64,000 bases of DNA from Negaprion brevirostris (lineage: Eukaryota). A program made the translations under genes and the position numbers. Location of the stretch: the NCBI GenBank assembly GCA_030324005.1, contig JARDVH010000137.1:24296202-24360201 (forward strand), written 5' to 3'. The notes under the pieces are model-generated. The model was not told where the DNA came from and ran no database searches. It worked only from the letters and a program-made list of their open reading frames with translations. Positions 37,655 to 50,097 of the stretch are shown here, one piece after another; within the stretch, counting starts at the first letter, position 1, and every line of letters starts with the position of its first letter.

Positions 37655-37926
37655 GGAAGCTGTTTGACACCACAAAGGTTTTCAAACACGTTTTCTATTT
37701 GGCTGGGTCTGAAGTAGTTCTGTCTGCCTGCGTGCTAGCTCTTGGGAACTTCTTTTGTTTACGTAAAAGTACTGAACAAACTGAGAAAGCGCAAAAGGAA
37801 AATGTGGAAGAGGGAGAGCAGAAAAAGGATTCAGAAGCTGCAGATTCCATTGAGGTGGATCAATTCTTAAAAGATGAGACAGGAAAGAACGGTGAAATTG
37901 TACCAACACCAGAAACAAGTGTATGA
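37655..37926 (+). CDS. SLC16A3: MCT4 terminal coding exon
   Basis: Acceptor ttttcctttcttgttatacag; encodes (G)KLFDTTKVFKHVFYLAGSEVVLS...KNGEIVPTPETSV*, matching the mammalian MCT4 C-terminus as I recall it (KNGEVVHTPETSV), which separates it from MCT1/2/3. Spliced total 1416 nt = 471 aa + stop. Confidence 0.95.
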
Positions 37927-37983
37927 AGGTCTCAACGGAGGAAGAAACAGAACATTTACAAAAGGTCAAGAGAAACAAGTTTG

Positions 37984-37993
37984 TATTTATTTA
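37984..37993 (+). promoter_or_regulatory. AU-rich element in proximal 3' UTR
   Basis: TATTTATTTA (two overlapping AUUUA) about 60 nt after the stop codon. Confidence 0.4.
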
Positions 37994-39480
37994 GAAATGT
38001 GAGGAATCTCCATGTATAATGGTAAGAGTAGTTTATTGTGCAGAATATTTTTGTGATTTTTTTTTGTTTAAATTGCTGCCTTGCATTTGTCATTCATGTG
38101 TGTCTTTCACAAAGGTTTTTTTTAAAAAAATAAGGGCATCTGTTGAAAGTCTAAGAGGTGCTTTTAAGAACATTCTGAAAAATCAAATCTACAGAATTGG
38201 CATTCCACAGAAGTGGAAAGTGATGCACATAACACTTTCAGCTAACAGCAGCATTGGTGATGATGATACGTCTGGCAGCTTATAACATTGGCCACAAATG
38301 ATGGCTTCCACATTTAATAGTGGATCAGCAAAGGTTAAATATTTTTTTAAAAGGAATCATATCGATTGACACCTGCCTCAGCTACAGCACTTAACAACAC
38401 TTGCACAGAAGATTTAACCCCCGTTGTCCAAATTTAATAACAATTAAGAAAAATAATGAGTATAAGACGAGACCAATGTTATTAAACCTGCTAGTTACTG
38501 GCATTGGCCTGTTGCCACTGAAGAACGTTCACAAATCTGATACCAGATGAGACTGATCCAAGACCAGATTTTTTTTTTTTACAATTCCAATGATATTTCT
38601 CCTACTGGATTAAAACTTTTTTTTTACTAAATTAGGAGTGTCTGACTAAATAATTGCTTTGAATGGATTCTTTGTGAGGCGTGTGAAAAAGCAGCCTTTC
38701 AAATGCTTCCTCCTGATAGTGACCTGCTGGATTGGATATTCAACAGAGGTGAGGAGGAGGGGACGGTGCAGTTCAGATCAGTGTATCACTTTTTTCCATA
38801 TACTGATGCTTGAAAACTCTGCAACACACTATCAGTAAAGGCAATTCGAATTTGATTGGGGGAAAAGACACAATAGGCAGTATAATCCATGCTTTCCACC
38901 AGTGATCACACAGACATTAATTTTATGATATCAACAAGAAAGAAGACTTTTGTTGTACTAGAGTATTTTTGGTTTCTACATAACTCCCAATAGAAATTTT
39001 ATATCTCATGATCACTAGTTATGCCTGCAACAGTTCAATATGACCAGCTTATCAGCAGCCAACTCTGAGATTGATTGGATCATCTTTGAATATGGAATCA
39101 AATAGACAAAACCCTAAATGATCCCTTTCAATCGGTTCATGATGAGTCTATAAAGGAGCAGCCCACCACCAGGTTCATTGGTCACAAAATACAGGAAATC
39201 TTTTAGGTTTTGCACACACTTCTTTATATATTGCAAACTTATTGGCCATTTTACAGACAGAATTGTGTATTGCCAAGAAAGTAACAAATGGATTGAAAAT
39301 ACAACTACTCGGGAGATTAAAAACAGTCTGAAAATTACGAAGAGGTACTTCAAAGGGAGCTGTTAATGCAGATATTTAGCAATAGATATTTTAAAAATAG
39401 CTTCAATATTCTCAAACCAGTGGAGATGTGCAGACTTGCTTTCAATGCATTTCATACTANNNNNNNNNNNNNNNNNNNNN

Positions 39481-39795
39481 ACTCCTAAATTGTGCATTGC
39501 TTGGAAAAAACGCTGTCAAAGCTTTTTGTCTTGCACTCATCAGGACAGTTTGCAAGAATACCAATAGTAAAGGGGAACAACAGTTTATTAGAAGAGGATT
39601 ATGATTGGTTGGCGAGTAGTCACTGGTAGAAGCATTGCCATGGAGAATTTGTGAGGGAACAGTTAACAGTTAAGCTTTTGTTCAAATTCAAACCAGGCAG
39701 ATTGACCTTGATTAAAGCATTGTCAAAGGGAATGAACCAGGGAATGCCTGTTAAACTAAGCTTTTATTTAGTTGAAAAAGGCACAATGTGTGGAC
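39481..39795 (-). mobile_element. PLE-like terminal fragment carrying a hammerhead motif
   Basis: Contains the hammerhead motif at 39513-39548 and an internal ~90-nt diverged duplication (gcattgccatggagaat..gttaagcttttgtt / gcattgtcaaagggaat..ctaagcttttattt). Confidence 0.45.
39513..39548 (-). ncRNA. Degenerate minimal type I hammerhead ribozyme motif
   Basis: Minus strand reads CUGUC-CUGAUGA-GU(GCAAG)AC-AAAA-AGCU-UU-GACAG: perfect 5-bp stem I and palindromic stem III, but the GAAA core reads AAAA. Confidence 0.55.
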
Positions 39796-42224
39796 CTGCT
39801 CCTTCAGTCTGCAAAGGACAGGGCCCTGTATGTGGAAATATATAGTTTTTTGCATGCATCAATCTGCTAACACCGTGAGTCTGACTGATAATCTGAAACT
39901 CGTTTTCAGTAGAATTCTTAGCCCAGTCAGAACAGCTAAGCAAGTGTTGTTCAATTGTGCATTTATATCTAATGTTGAACAGTATATTTTGAATTGTGCA
40001 AGTTTGGGCTGGTTGGGTATAGCCTATGTTTTGCCTGTTGCAAGCAGCCGAAGGAACATGCAATTTGATACTATCCATTAGTCATTGGGACACATGATCT
40101 GCATACCTAACATCACACAGGCACTGAATTACATTACTCATTTGTGTGATCAATGGAGCATCTTTCTAACTTCATAGCAATATCCTGTTAGTCAAGAATA
40201 GCAACAACATGAAATGGCTAGCTTCACCTGGTGTTCAAACTTTTGAGACATCTTACCCTTCCAGGGTAAGCTGAGATAGATTGAACACTTTTCCAATCCA
40301 AAAGTGGCGCGCTTGGGCCCATTCATGAGTTTTATGAGATACACAGTGGGCAATCATCAGTTCAGGGTAACCTTTAACCCTCTGGATAAATTGATGATTA
40401 GAACTTGCATTTTTCTATAAATTTGCCAATTTCATTGTTTGTTGCTGGTGGAGATCCTTCAAATGTGGCACAATGTAACAAAAAGAAATCTGCTTTGATC
40501 CTGTTTATAACTTAAATGCAGAAGAATATTTTTGATTTCCTTGCCGTTTAGATGTAATTGCATGAGCTGAAATATGACATACTAATTTTATTAAACTTGC
40601 TGTAATTCTAGTCCAGAAACCAAGGTTTTTGGGCCCTGATTTTAAAAAATCTCCTCAATGAACCTCTTTACATAGATTCCCATGATTAACTATTTTTGCA
40701 ACATGGATTTCCTCTTTCCCAATGTTAACTTGTGCCAAGTCAAGGGAATCTCTGAGTTTGCAGCAGCAGTAATGCCATCAAGCAGCCTAAGTGAACAATC
40801 ACATTGAGGAATTCACACAGATAGCAAATCAGGAAGCTAAATCTGCCAATCATACAGGTAGTAAATAAAGATTGGGACACACACATGGGATTAAAGTAAA
40901 AGCTGCACAACAAACTCTGGTTTCTAAAGAAATATTTTCCATTGGAATCTAACTGAATATTTATCATCATGTAAAAATGTGACATTGCAGAAATATAGAT
41001 TTTGAAACTTCAAATAATCCAATCTCTATATTTTTGCTATTTGACACATCATTACACCACAAGAACTCAATTGACATGCATTTTCACCTTAGCTGAATGC
41101 AAGACCAATGGGAACAAATTTCTGGCCATTAAACACCCTGCTTGAATTTCATTTCTATTAACTTTAATTTACTGATTTGCTAAGTTCCATTTTGCACCCA
41201 TGCTGAATTTAAATTTCACCCCAATGTACCTGTGTTCTTCCAGTCTATTACATTGTCAGTAATCTTCTTGCAGGCTTGCCTAAATGAGTGATGGGATACA
41301 ATAATGAAAGGTTGGAAAAATCTCATTTAAAAAATGGCTATGAAATCGTCATTTTGTCTGTGTTGGCTATAAGAGTGCCACAACAGAAACTGTTACTAAA
41401 TGACGTATATCCTTTGTTTGCTTAAAGTGCATCTTGACCAAAATTAAAAGGAGATTCTTAAGATCACTGAGGTGCAATCGTTTTATAAATAGAAAAGATA
41501 GATTTGATTTTGGATGATTCTTAATAGCTACCTCTAATGGAACAATGCATAAGGGTTAGATTTACAACTTACAGCAAAGAAACCACCTGATTTTGATTTC
41601 CATTGGTTTTGGGTTCCATAATGGTCACCTGATTTGCAATGTCAGATTATTGCCCAGGCAGTAAGTTGAAAACCTACTCCTTAGAGTGTCACTTACACGC
41701 TTTGAGGACTACCTAAACATTTTTGCACCAGGTTCTTGTAATACGAGGTATACATGTAGAATATCTGAGGCATCTAACCATCCCTTTTCTATAGGGACAT
41801 AGTGAAAACATTCCAGGAATTGAATTAATCAGTTTCTCCCCCAGCATTTACTCTCTTTGAATTATAACTTTTTTTACTCAAAAAAATCTGTGTAGTTTTT
41901 TTTTTGTCAATTCTACAGGATTTTGTTCAGTAGGTTGAAAATCCTATCCATTTCAAATTGGTTTTAGGCTATGCAAAAATAGGAATTGATAAATGTACTT
42001 GGGATTAATGCTAGGGGGGGGCTGAAGCATTAAATTCAATTTAGGTGGGGTTATAAAACAGGTATAAGCAGATTGGCTGCCTGTTGTATTGTCAGAAAGG
42101 GCCTGTGAGCAATTCACAGGGCCCAATTTGTGTCCCTTCCAAACCCAAATTTCATTCCCATTGTGTCTGTCGTCACATCCGGGCATTATAGCTTTAGTAT
42201 CGCACAAGCCGTAGGGAAGCCTTG

Positions 42225-42490
42225 GGTCTCAGTAGCCTTAGGGCACCCCTGCCTCCAAGCTAGAAGATCCAGGTTAAAGTCCCATTCCAAGACTTGTGAC
42301 CACGGAAGAAGCATTCATAACTTGGCCAGGCAGGGTGCTGCTAATCAACCTGCTAATCCTTCTAACATACTCATGACAGGAGCTAAGAGCAGGAGAGGTT
42401 CCTGGTCAGCCATGCTTGGTGCAAGCCATAACTACTTGAATCTCTCCAACAGAGAGAAATGCCTACGGGTCCTTGTGGACTGCGGCTAAC
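42225..42490 (+). mobile_element. tRNA-derived SINE, family D
   Basis: Homologous to 58598-58920 (ggtt.aa.tccca.t.ca.gact; aagag.ggaga.g.t.cctggtca.ccatgcttg). Confidence 0.6.
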
Positions 42491-44407
42491 TATGGATAGA
42501 CTGCACAAGCCATGGGCTGAATGCTTTAACGTATTCTGGTTCGAAGAGTCTTCTATTTATTAGTAGTTTTTATTATTATTATTTTCTGATAAGTACCAGT
42601 GCTCTCCGAAACAGATTTGCCCTCTGGGAGATTAGTTTTTGGAAAAACGAAACTTGTGATATCCTTTTCTGTGTATACATGTGTACAGTATAGTAGGACA
42701 AAATAGAAAAGTCTGTAAACCTTGAGCAGTTTTTGGCTGTTATTATTCTTTTCACAATTGCATTTCTTACATCAGAGGATTTTACAATCTCTGGTCCAAA
42801 AAGAAAGACTTCGTACAAAGTTTTAAGTGGTTGACAGGATGGGTGGGACACAGACTATTCTGACGCACATAATTCTGTCATACATTGCAAATCATTGTCC
42901 TTATAAGGAAAGTGGGAAGGAACTTCACCACAACGGAAGATTTGCACTTGAAGATATGACGGAGGCCATGTTTTCAGACAGGCAGAAACTGTGTGTTGTG
43001 GTACCGTGATAAATAGTGTGAAAAGTTGCCAATAATATGACATGAGTTGGCTGATCTCAGCCAAGCAGCAGTTAGCTCAAGTTATCCATGACGTATGGAA
43101 CGAGAAAGCCAGAAATTCCCTGTTGATCATTGTGCTTTAACCATTGCTGGGGAGCCATGCAAGTGATACCAGATCAGGATAGGATTAGACTCTGCATGTT
43201 GTCCTGTACAGCCTCAGAGCCTTTGACACTTCCTGGGATAATACATGAAAAATAGGTCCATGGTCCAATACCCCAGGAAAGCACAGCACATTCGAGATAG
43301 GAGAGAGAAAATGTGAAGGGGTGGTGGGACAATACTCTGGCATGGGAGGGGAGATTCCCACTGTTTTTTCCATGGCAGGTGTAAAAAAGAAATCTTTGCC
43401 CATTGCTTCTCAGTAACACAAGGGGCAAGAGTGTCACATTCATTCTGCTCACCCAAGACCAACTGTAAACACATTATGATAGGTTTTGTTTTTTTTTCTT
43501 GATGTCCTGTTCAAAGTAAGCTGTGCAAGTGTGGAAAAATGGAATCCACTTTTTAACATTTATACAGATGAGACAATGGAAAATATGTACATTTACAAAT
43601 TTACAAGCGCAGTCCTGTCCTCAAAGGGTTGAAGCAACACTATCAGTTTGAATGCTGGGAGTTTCATTACATTCGGACTATTTTTACGATGCAAGGTTTT
43701 ACCACATGTGTGTAATTGTTGTTAACACAGATACTGGCCTTCTTGATAACCTCAACAGTAAGGAGGTAACTAACCAAACATTTCAAATTTGCTATATGTC
43801 TGTAAACTCATTGAATCTGTATTACTGTATGTATTAATATCCAGTCTAACAGTGTCAAGTTCTGGCAGCGAATCTTTGCCACGTTCCAGCTGACAAATTT
43901 AAAGGAGGACCTGATTGCTGAAGGGTTTTATCATGTAAATATATTTCTGATAACTTTATGGTTAAACCTAAAGAGCAACTGAGCTGCCATTGCTTTGAGC
44001 CAGTGTCTGAGTCTCAATTAGACCAGAAGTATTCGTAATAGTGGGTTGTGACTTACTGTGTCAATATGATATTTCCAGCCCAGAGCCTTTGTGTGCTTAT
44101 TAACAAGAGAAACAAAGGAACAAAAATTGTAATATGGTACAAATTGAAGTGGATCGGTGCGCTTTGGTTTCTATGCACAAAAAATGAAAACAACTTCCTG
44201 AACTTACAGAATAAGTCTACATGCTCTTATTTAGTAAAAAATCACCCACGTAATAATTTTGCCTGAGTCTGATTGGATGAGAGCTGTGTCAAACCTAATG
44301 GTCCACACCATTTGTCCCAGGCTTAGATTCTCTCAACCGAATGATATGTCAGAACTAAGACTACTTCTTATAATCAAAAGACCTGGAATTTGTGAAATTA
44401 CTGTTCA

Positions 44408-44456
44408 TGTGTGTTTGTGTGTGTGTGTGTGTGCGTGTGTGTGTGCGCGTGTGTGT
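44408..44456. repeat. Imperfect (TG)n microsatellite
   Basis: tgtgtgtttgtgtgtgtgtgtgtgtgcgtgtgtgtgtgcgcgtgtgtgt. Confidence 0.95.
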
Positions 44457-45049
44457 ATAACCAAGAAATAGTGTCACTTTGTTCAGGAATTACGAATGTT
44501 TGCTTGACTATAAGTATTTTTGGAGGCCATACAAACAACATTGATGTCAGCACTGTTGTACTGAAAACCCACAGAGATCACAGCTTGCTCCAGATTGCAG
44601 CTTCATTTTATCCTGATTATTTCTGGTCTTTATTGGTTTTCACTGTTTTATCTGATTGTATGGACTTACTCTGTTACCTTTGCTGAAGTATTGCTATTTT
44701 TTGAAGTTTGAAGTGCTCGGAGTACTTTTTTTTGTAGTTACATATACATGGTAGATTTGTATAAAATATATAGAGAAACCTTGTCTTAGTGTTCTGTACT
44801 TTAAAGTAATTCTTTGACCATGGTGGGCATAATATTCTGATGCCCTACCATGGCAGAGCTTAAAATAAAGTGGGCATGGGTCAGGACCTTCAGCCTGCAG
44901 TCAAAGATGCCAGACTTGCAGTTTCATAGGTGAATTTGAGACTATGGTGCTAGTTTGAAAGTCTCATTTAAATACACACATTCATTTCAGGAACTTTCTA
45001 AAGGTTGGCAAATATATTGATGAAAGGAAATCTTTTATATGACTGTGCA

Positions 45050-45294
45050 AAATAGGAAAAGAAGGAGGCCATTCAGCCCCTCAAGCCTACTCTGCTATCC
45101 AATTAGATCACAGCTGCTCTGGTTTTGTTTTAGTTCCACATTCCCATCTACCTTTGATAGCCTTTGATTCCCTTACCTCCACAAGAATCTACCTCTGCCT
45201 TAAAAATATTCTATGGTCCCACTTTCACTGCCTTCTGAGACAAAGTTCCAAAGCCTCAAAACTCTCTTGAAAGAAAAAAACTTCTCCTCACCTC
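45050..45294 (-). mobile_element. CR1 LINE 3' remnant
   Basis: aaataggaaaagaaggaggccattcagcccctcaagcc tail. Confidence 0.7.
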
Positions 45295-45460
45295 AATAAA
45301 AGCGATGTTTATGTTTCTCAGATGTATCCTTACTGCGTTTTTCCTTGTGCACTAGCTTCTTTTGTTGGGAATTACGCCACCTTCTTATTTTCATTGCTAG
45401 TATTCTTGGTTCCAAGGCCAAGCACCATACAAAGATAGTGAATGGTGCTTGGCCTTGGAA

Positions 45461-45652
45461 AGTCCAAAGATATGCAGGTTAGGTTGATTGGCCATGCTTA
45501 AAAAAAAATTGCCCTTAGTGTCCTGGGATGCATAGGTTAGAGAGATTACTGGGTAAGTATGTAGGGATATGGGGTGGGGCCTGGGTGGGATTGTATTCAG
45601 TGCAGGCTCAATGGGCTGAACAGTCTGTTTCTGTACTGTGGGGATTCTATGC
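45461..45652 (+). mobile_element. 5'-truncated SINE, family A
   Basis: agtccaaagatatgcaggttaggttgattggccatgct...tactgtggggattctatg. Confidence 0.85.
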
Positions 45653-46644
45653 TTTTATGTTTCTAAAGTGCTGAGCATGACTATTCTTTGCCAAGGCTCT
45701 AGCTGGAACTAGAGAAGTGAGAGACCATTTCTCTCTCTCAGCAACACTTGCAGCATTCAATCTGCATCCATCACTTGTGCCTGGGACCTGCATTCACAGA
45801 TCTGCCAGAATGTATTTGGGCGCCAAAGGGGACCTGTTTTTCCTACTTCTGCTTTTACTATGTAGACTTGCTACATCAGAAGCTGTGAACAGCATCTGAA
45901 CTGTTCTGGTGAAAGAAATAAAACTTACTAAAATGAGAAGCTTTCATCCTTCCATCCCAGTCATTGCCCTGTCTGTAGTACGCACGTTCTAATTACATAT
46001 AATTGCAAAGTCCTTTGGCCTGTCAAAACTGTGGATTTATCTGCACATGTAGTCCCAATTTTGCGTTTCCTATGTCTCTTTATTCACCTTTTCCTTAAGC
46101 CACTTAACTTACTAAATGTTGACAGGCCCTCATCTTTAATCATTAATTCCAGTGCTGCATTCCACAGCCTGCTTCCCTGATCCCATCTGTCATATATATC
46201 CCCTCTCTCCATTTGAACCTTGATAATGTTTGGCTGCCATGTGTTGGCAGAAATAATGGGAGAAATTTTAACACGTGTGATTGGACTGCAGGGGAGAATA
46301 AATCGGGAGAAAAGCTCCAAGTGCATTGTTCTATGTTCTATGCATTGGGAAGCTGACTCCAGCCTGCTGACTTGGTGTCTTTACTGAGGTGGGACGTGAA
46401 GGCTGACATTTTAAACATGTAATTGAAGCTGGTTAACCTCTGATTTAACCTGCTTTGCAGGTGAAGCAAGTCAAGGACAGCTTCAGAGAAAAGGTAAGTG
46501 CATTGACAGCACAGGTTATGAGCCAGAGCTGCTTCCCCCACAATCACCTCAACCTCCCCATAATAGACCACCACATGGATGTCAGGTAAAGAACTGAAAA
46601 CCTCCTCCTCTCCAGCTGGGAACCAAGCTTGTCAGGCTAATGGA

Positions 46645-47872
46645 TGCAACATGGTGGTACAGTAATTAGCACTGCTGCTTCACAGTGCCAGGGACCTGGG
46701 TTCGATTCCAGCCTTGGGTGACTATGTGGAGTTTGCATGTTCTCCCTATGTCTGCTTGGGTTAGAAACTAGAAGCAGGAGTAAGCCATTTGGCCCTTCGA
46801 GCCTGCTCCACCAATCATTTTGGTCATGGCTGATCATCAAATTCAATATCNNNNNNNNNNCCTGATTTTCCCCCCCCCCCCCCCCTTTCTCCCTATATCC
46901 CTTGATCCCTTTAGCCCCAAGAGCTATATCTAATACCTTCTTGAAATCAGATAATATTCTGGCCTCAACTGCATTCTGTGGTAGTGAATTCCACACATTC
47001 ACCATCCTCTGGATGGAGCAATTTCTCTTCATTTCAGTTCTAAAAGGTTTGCCCCTTATCCTCAAACTATAACCCCTAGTTCTGGACTCCCCCACCATTG
47101 GAAACATTCTTTCTAATCCTACCTTGTCTAACCCTGTTGGAATTTTGTAAGTTTCTATAAGATTCCCTCTCACTCTTCTAAACTCCAGTGAATATAATCC
47201 TAATTGACTTAATCTGACCTCATATGACAGACCTGTCATTCCACAAATCTGCCTGGTAAACNNNNNNNNNNNNNNNNNNNNNNNNNNNNNNNNNNNNNNN
47301 NNNNNNNNNNNNNNNNNNNNNNNNNNNNNNNNNNNNNNNNNNNNNNNNNNNNNNNNNNNNNNNNNNNNNNNNNNNNNNNNNNNNNNNNNNNNNNNNNNNN
47401 NNNTATGAAGGCCAACATACCATTTGCCTTCTTTACTGCCTGCTGTATATGCATGCTTACTTTCAGTGACTGATGCACAAAGACACCAAGGTTTTGCTGA
47501 GTATCTACCTCTCTCACTTTACACCCATTCAAGTAATAATCTGTCTTCCTATTATGACCTCACATTTATCCACATTATATTGCATCTGCTATGCATATGC
47601 CCATGCACTCAACCTGTCGAAATCACACTGAAGCATCATTGCATCCTACTCCAGGTTTCCTCCCACAGTCCAAAGATGTGCAGGTTACGTGAATTGGCCA
47701 AGCTAAATTACCCCTTAGTGTCTAAAGATGTGTAGGTTGGGGGAATTGGCAGGATAAGTGTGTGGAGTTACACGGATATGTCAGGGGGTTTGCTGGGTAA
47801 GATACTCTGTTGGAGAGTCGGTGCAGACCTGATGGGCTGAATGTCCTCCTTCTACATTTAGTGATCCTATGA
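46645..47872 (+). mobile_element. SINE family A split by a CR1 insertion (5' half 46645-46762, 3' half about 47648-47872)
   Basis: Head ends at tctccctatgtctgcttgggtt and resumes at actccaggtttcctcccacagtccaaagatg. Confidence 0.8.
46763..47645 (-). mobile_element. CR1 LINE 3' ~0.9 kb inserted in a SINE
   Basis: LSYEVRLSQLGLYSLEFRRVRGNLIETYKI...RMVNVWNSLPQ and QQNLGVFVHQSLKVSMHIQQAVKKANGMLAFI. Confidence 0.92.
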
Positions 47873-50097
47873 TAGAGAAGCTTGCCAAAGGGTGAGGATG
47901 CATGTTGTAGAGTTAAATCTCCCAACACCTATGTAACCCACCCGTGTAAAAGTCCTGTGTGTATTCATGTCCTGCGGCCATTACTTTACAGGGAATTCTG
48001 TTTGCTCATAAATTCCTAGCCTGGATCTTTCTTTTACTTGCATGGCAGTTGATCTCATTGAGAAATCCTCTCAATTACAGGAAGGGGCTTTGGTCTGAAA
48101 GACTGACATTTGGTTGCTGGAATCCTCCCACTCCTCTGTGGCTGTGATTCTTCAGTACCACTGCAGTGAATGGAGTTTTGGTTGAGTGCCAAATTCTCTG
48201 TTCTCATTGGTAGCAGTGATGGGGTGAACAAGAATGAAAAATCCTGTCCGTTGTTCGAACTACCTCATTGCCAGCTGTGAGAAAAACTTGTCATCACACT
48301 TGGGCACAATGACGGAGCCTGTGTAAAATGGAAAAATGTTAATGCTCATCAACTCTTATGGACCAGGGGTTGTAGATTTAAAATTAGTTAAGCATCATCA
48401 AATGGAATTGTATTACCCACAAATCACTGGTGTGTCAATTCTAATTGACTTCTGCACTTTTGTGTTTGTATAACTTTACTCTAGNNNNNNNNNNTTCCCA
48501 GTTAAGGGTGGTTGCAGCTCTTTAAGACTTCCTGCATCAAAGCATCTTTCAATTCGCCAACAGTTCTCCTATGCTTAGAGCTAGAAATAGATTGCAAGGA
48601 TTTGATTCCAATGGTTTGGCTGCTGATCACTGAGCAGAGTCTTGTTGAAGCATCAGGGGTCTCAGTTTCCAACTGGAGAGCTGGCAAGAGACTCGTGGTG
48701 GCTCTTTTTGGGAAGGTCCGCTCAAGCCAATCAGACTTTTCCCTGGAATGAAGACCCTGGGAGGAAAATTCAAGAAAGATGGCATCATCCCCATTGCAGA
48801 GGACCTGGGCTACAGATCAGTAATGGGGGCTGGGAGTTCACAGGTTGGAGGTCACTAGGAGAGAGACGGGGTTCAGACACAAGGGCAGGAGAGTGGCTCT
48901 CAGTTTCCACACTTCCACCCCACCCACTTCCGCATGTCCATTCCCCTGATCAAGCACTGAGTACCTTTGCCTCCCAGACATGTTATGCAGCATACATAAT
49001 TTCACCAGTCTTGCATGCCACATGGCAACAGGCCTCCTTGCAGCTGGGTTAATACCAGGCAGGATGAGACCTTTAAATAATTATTAATTGGCCATTTAAG
49101 GGCTTCAATTGGTGGTGTGGCATGAAGGTAAAACTTGGGCTTTCAAGCCCAGAACTTAATTCTGGTGAAGCAGGAAGGTAGGAGTGGTTTTTGGGGGATG
49201 GGGGGATGGTTCCAATACACCATCAACTCACCTAATTACATGCCCTTCCTGCCTTCAAGCTTGCCATGGTGAGGTCAGAACATACCACCCAAAATATGTG
49301 AAGCAAACCTAACGCATATTTCCCATTACTGAAAAGTTCAACACTGTTATCACATCTCCAGTTGCCTTGTTTGCTGTGGTTTCATTGCAGTTCCCTGATT
49401 TGTGTTACTTTGACAGGCTCCTGCCTGAGTCGGGCAGCTGCATCAGCTATCTGAGGAAAAAGCTGTGTTAAAATGGCCTGTGGCAGCGATTGCATATTAA
49501 GTGTACCGCTTCTACTTTAATTCCTATTAAAGATCCCCCTATGGTTTATAAACCTTACATTTACACTCCTGTTTATGACTTGTCAATTCATTTCCTTTGC
49601 TGGTCTGGCCTCTCAACCAGAAGTGAATCAAGAAGATGGACTGAGCCTTCCATTGATGTATATATTTTACACATGCCCCATAGAATCCTCCTGGTATCCA
49701 ATAGATACAGAGGATATTTCATTCCCTGTGCATTACATGAGTGGTTTTATGATCAGAAATGAGCATAATGCGTTTGCAGGCGCATAAAAGAATAAGTACA
49801 TTGGCATGAATGAGCTAAACATTTCCAGCCAGCTGTTAATATTTTGAAATGATTTCCCTGTTNNNNNNNNNNNNNNNNCTTCCCTCAACCCCACTCCCCC
49901 TAATATTGCTAATATCGTGGATAATTTTCCAGCTCAAAGACTTGAGCAGGTGCCCTCCTTCCAAATCTGAGTGTGTGTGCCATTTGGAGTGCCTTCATCC
50001 TTTAGATTTCCCTGCTGACAAACACTTATTAAAACGTGTCCTCATTACCTATTAAGCCCGGGCAGACCAAAGTTATAATCGGTTTGTGCCCAGTGGC

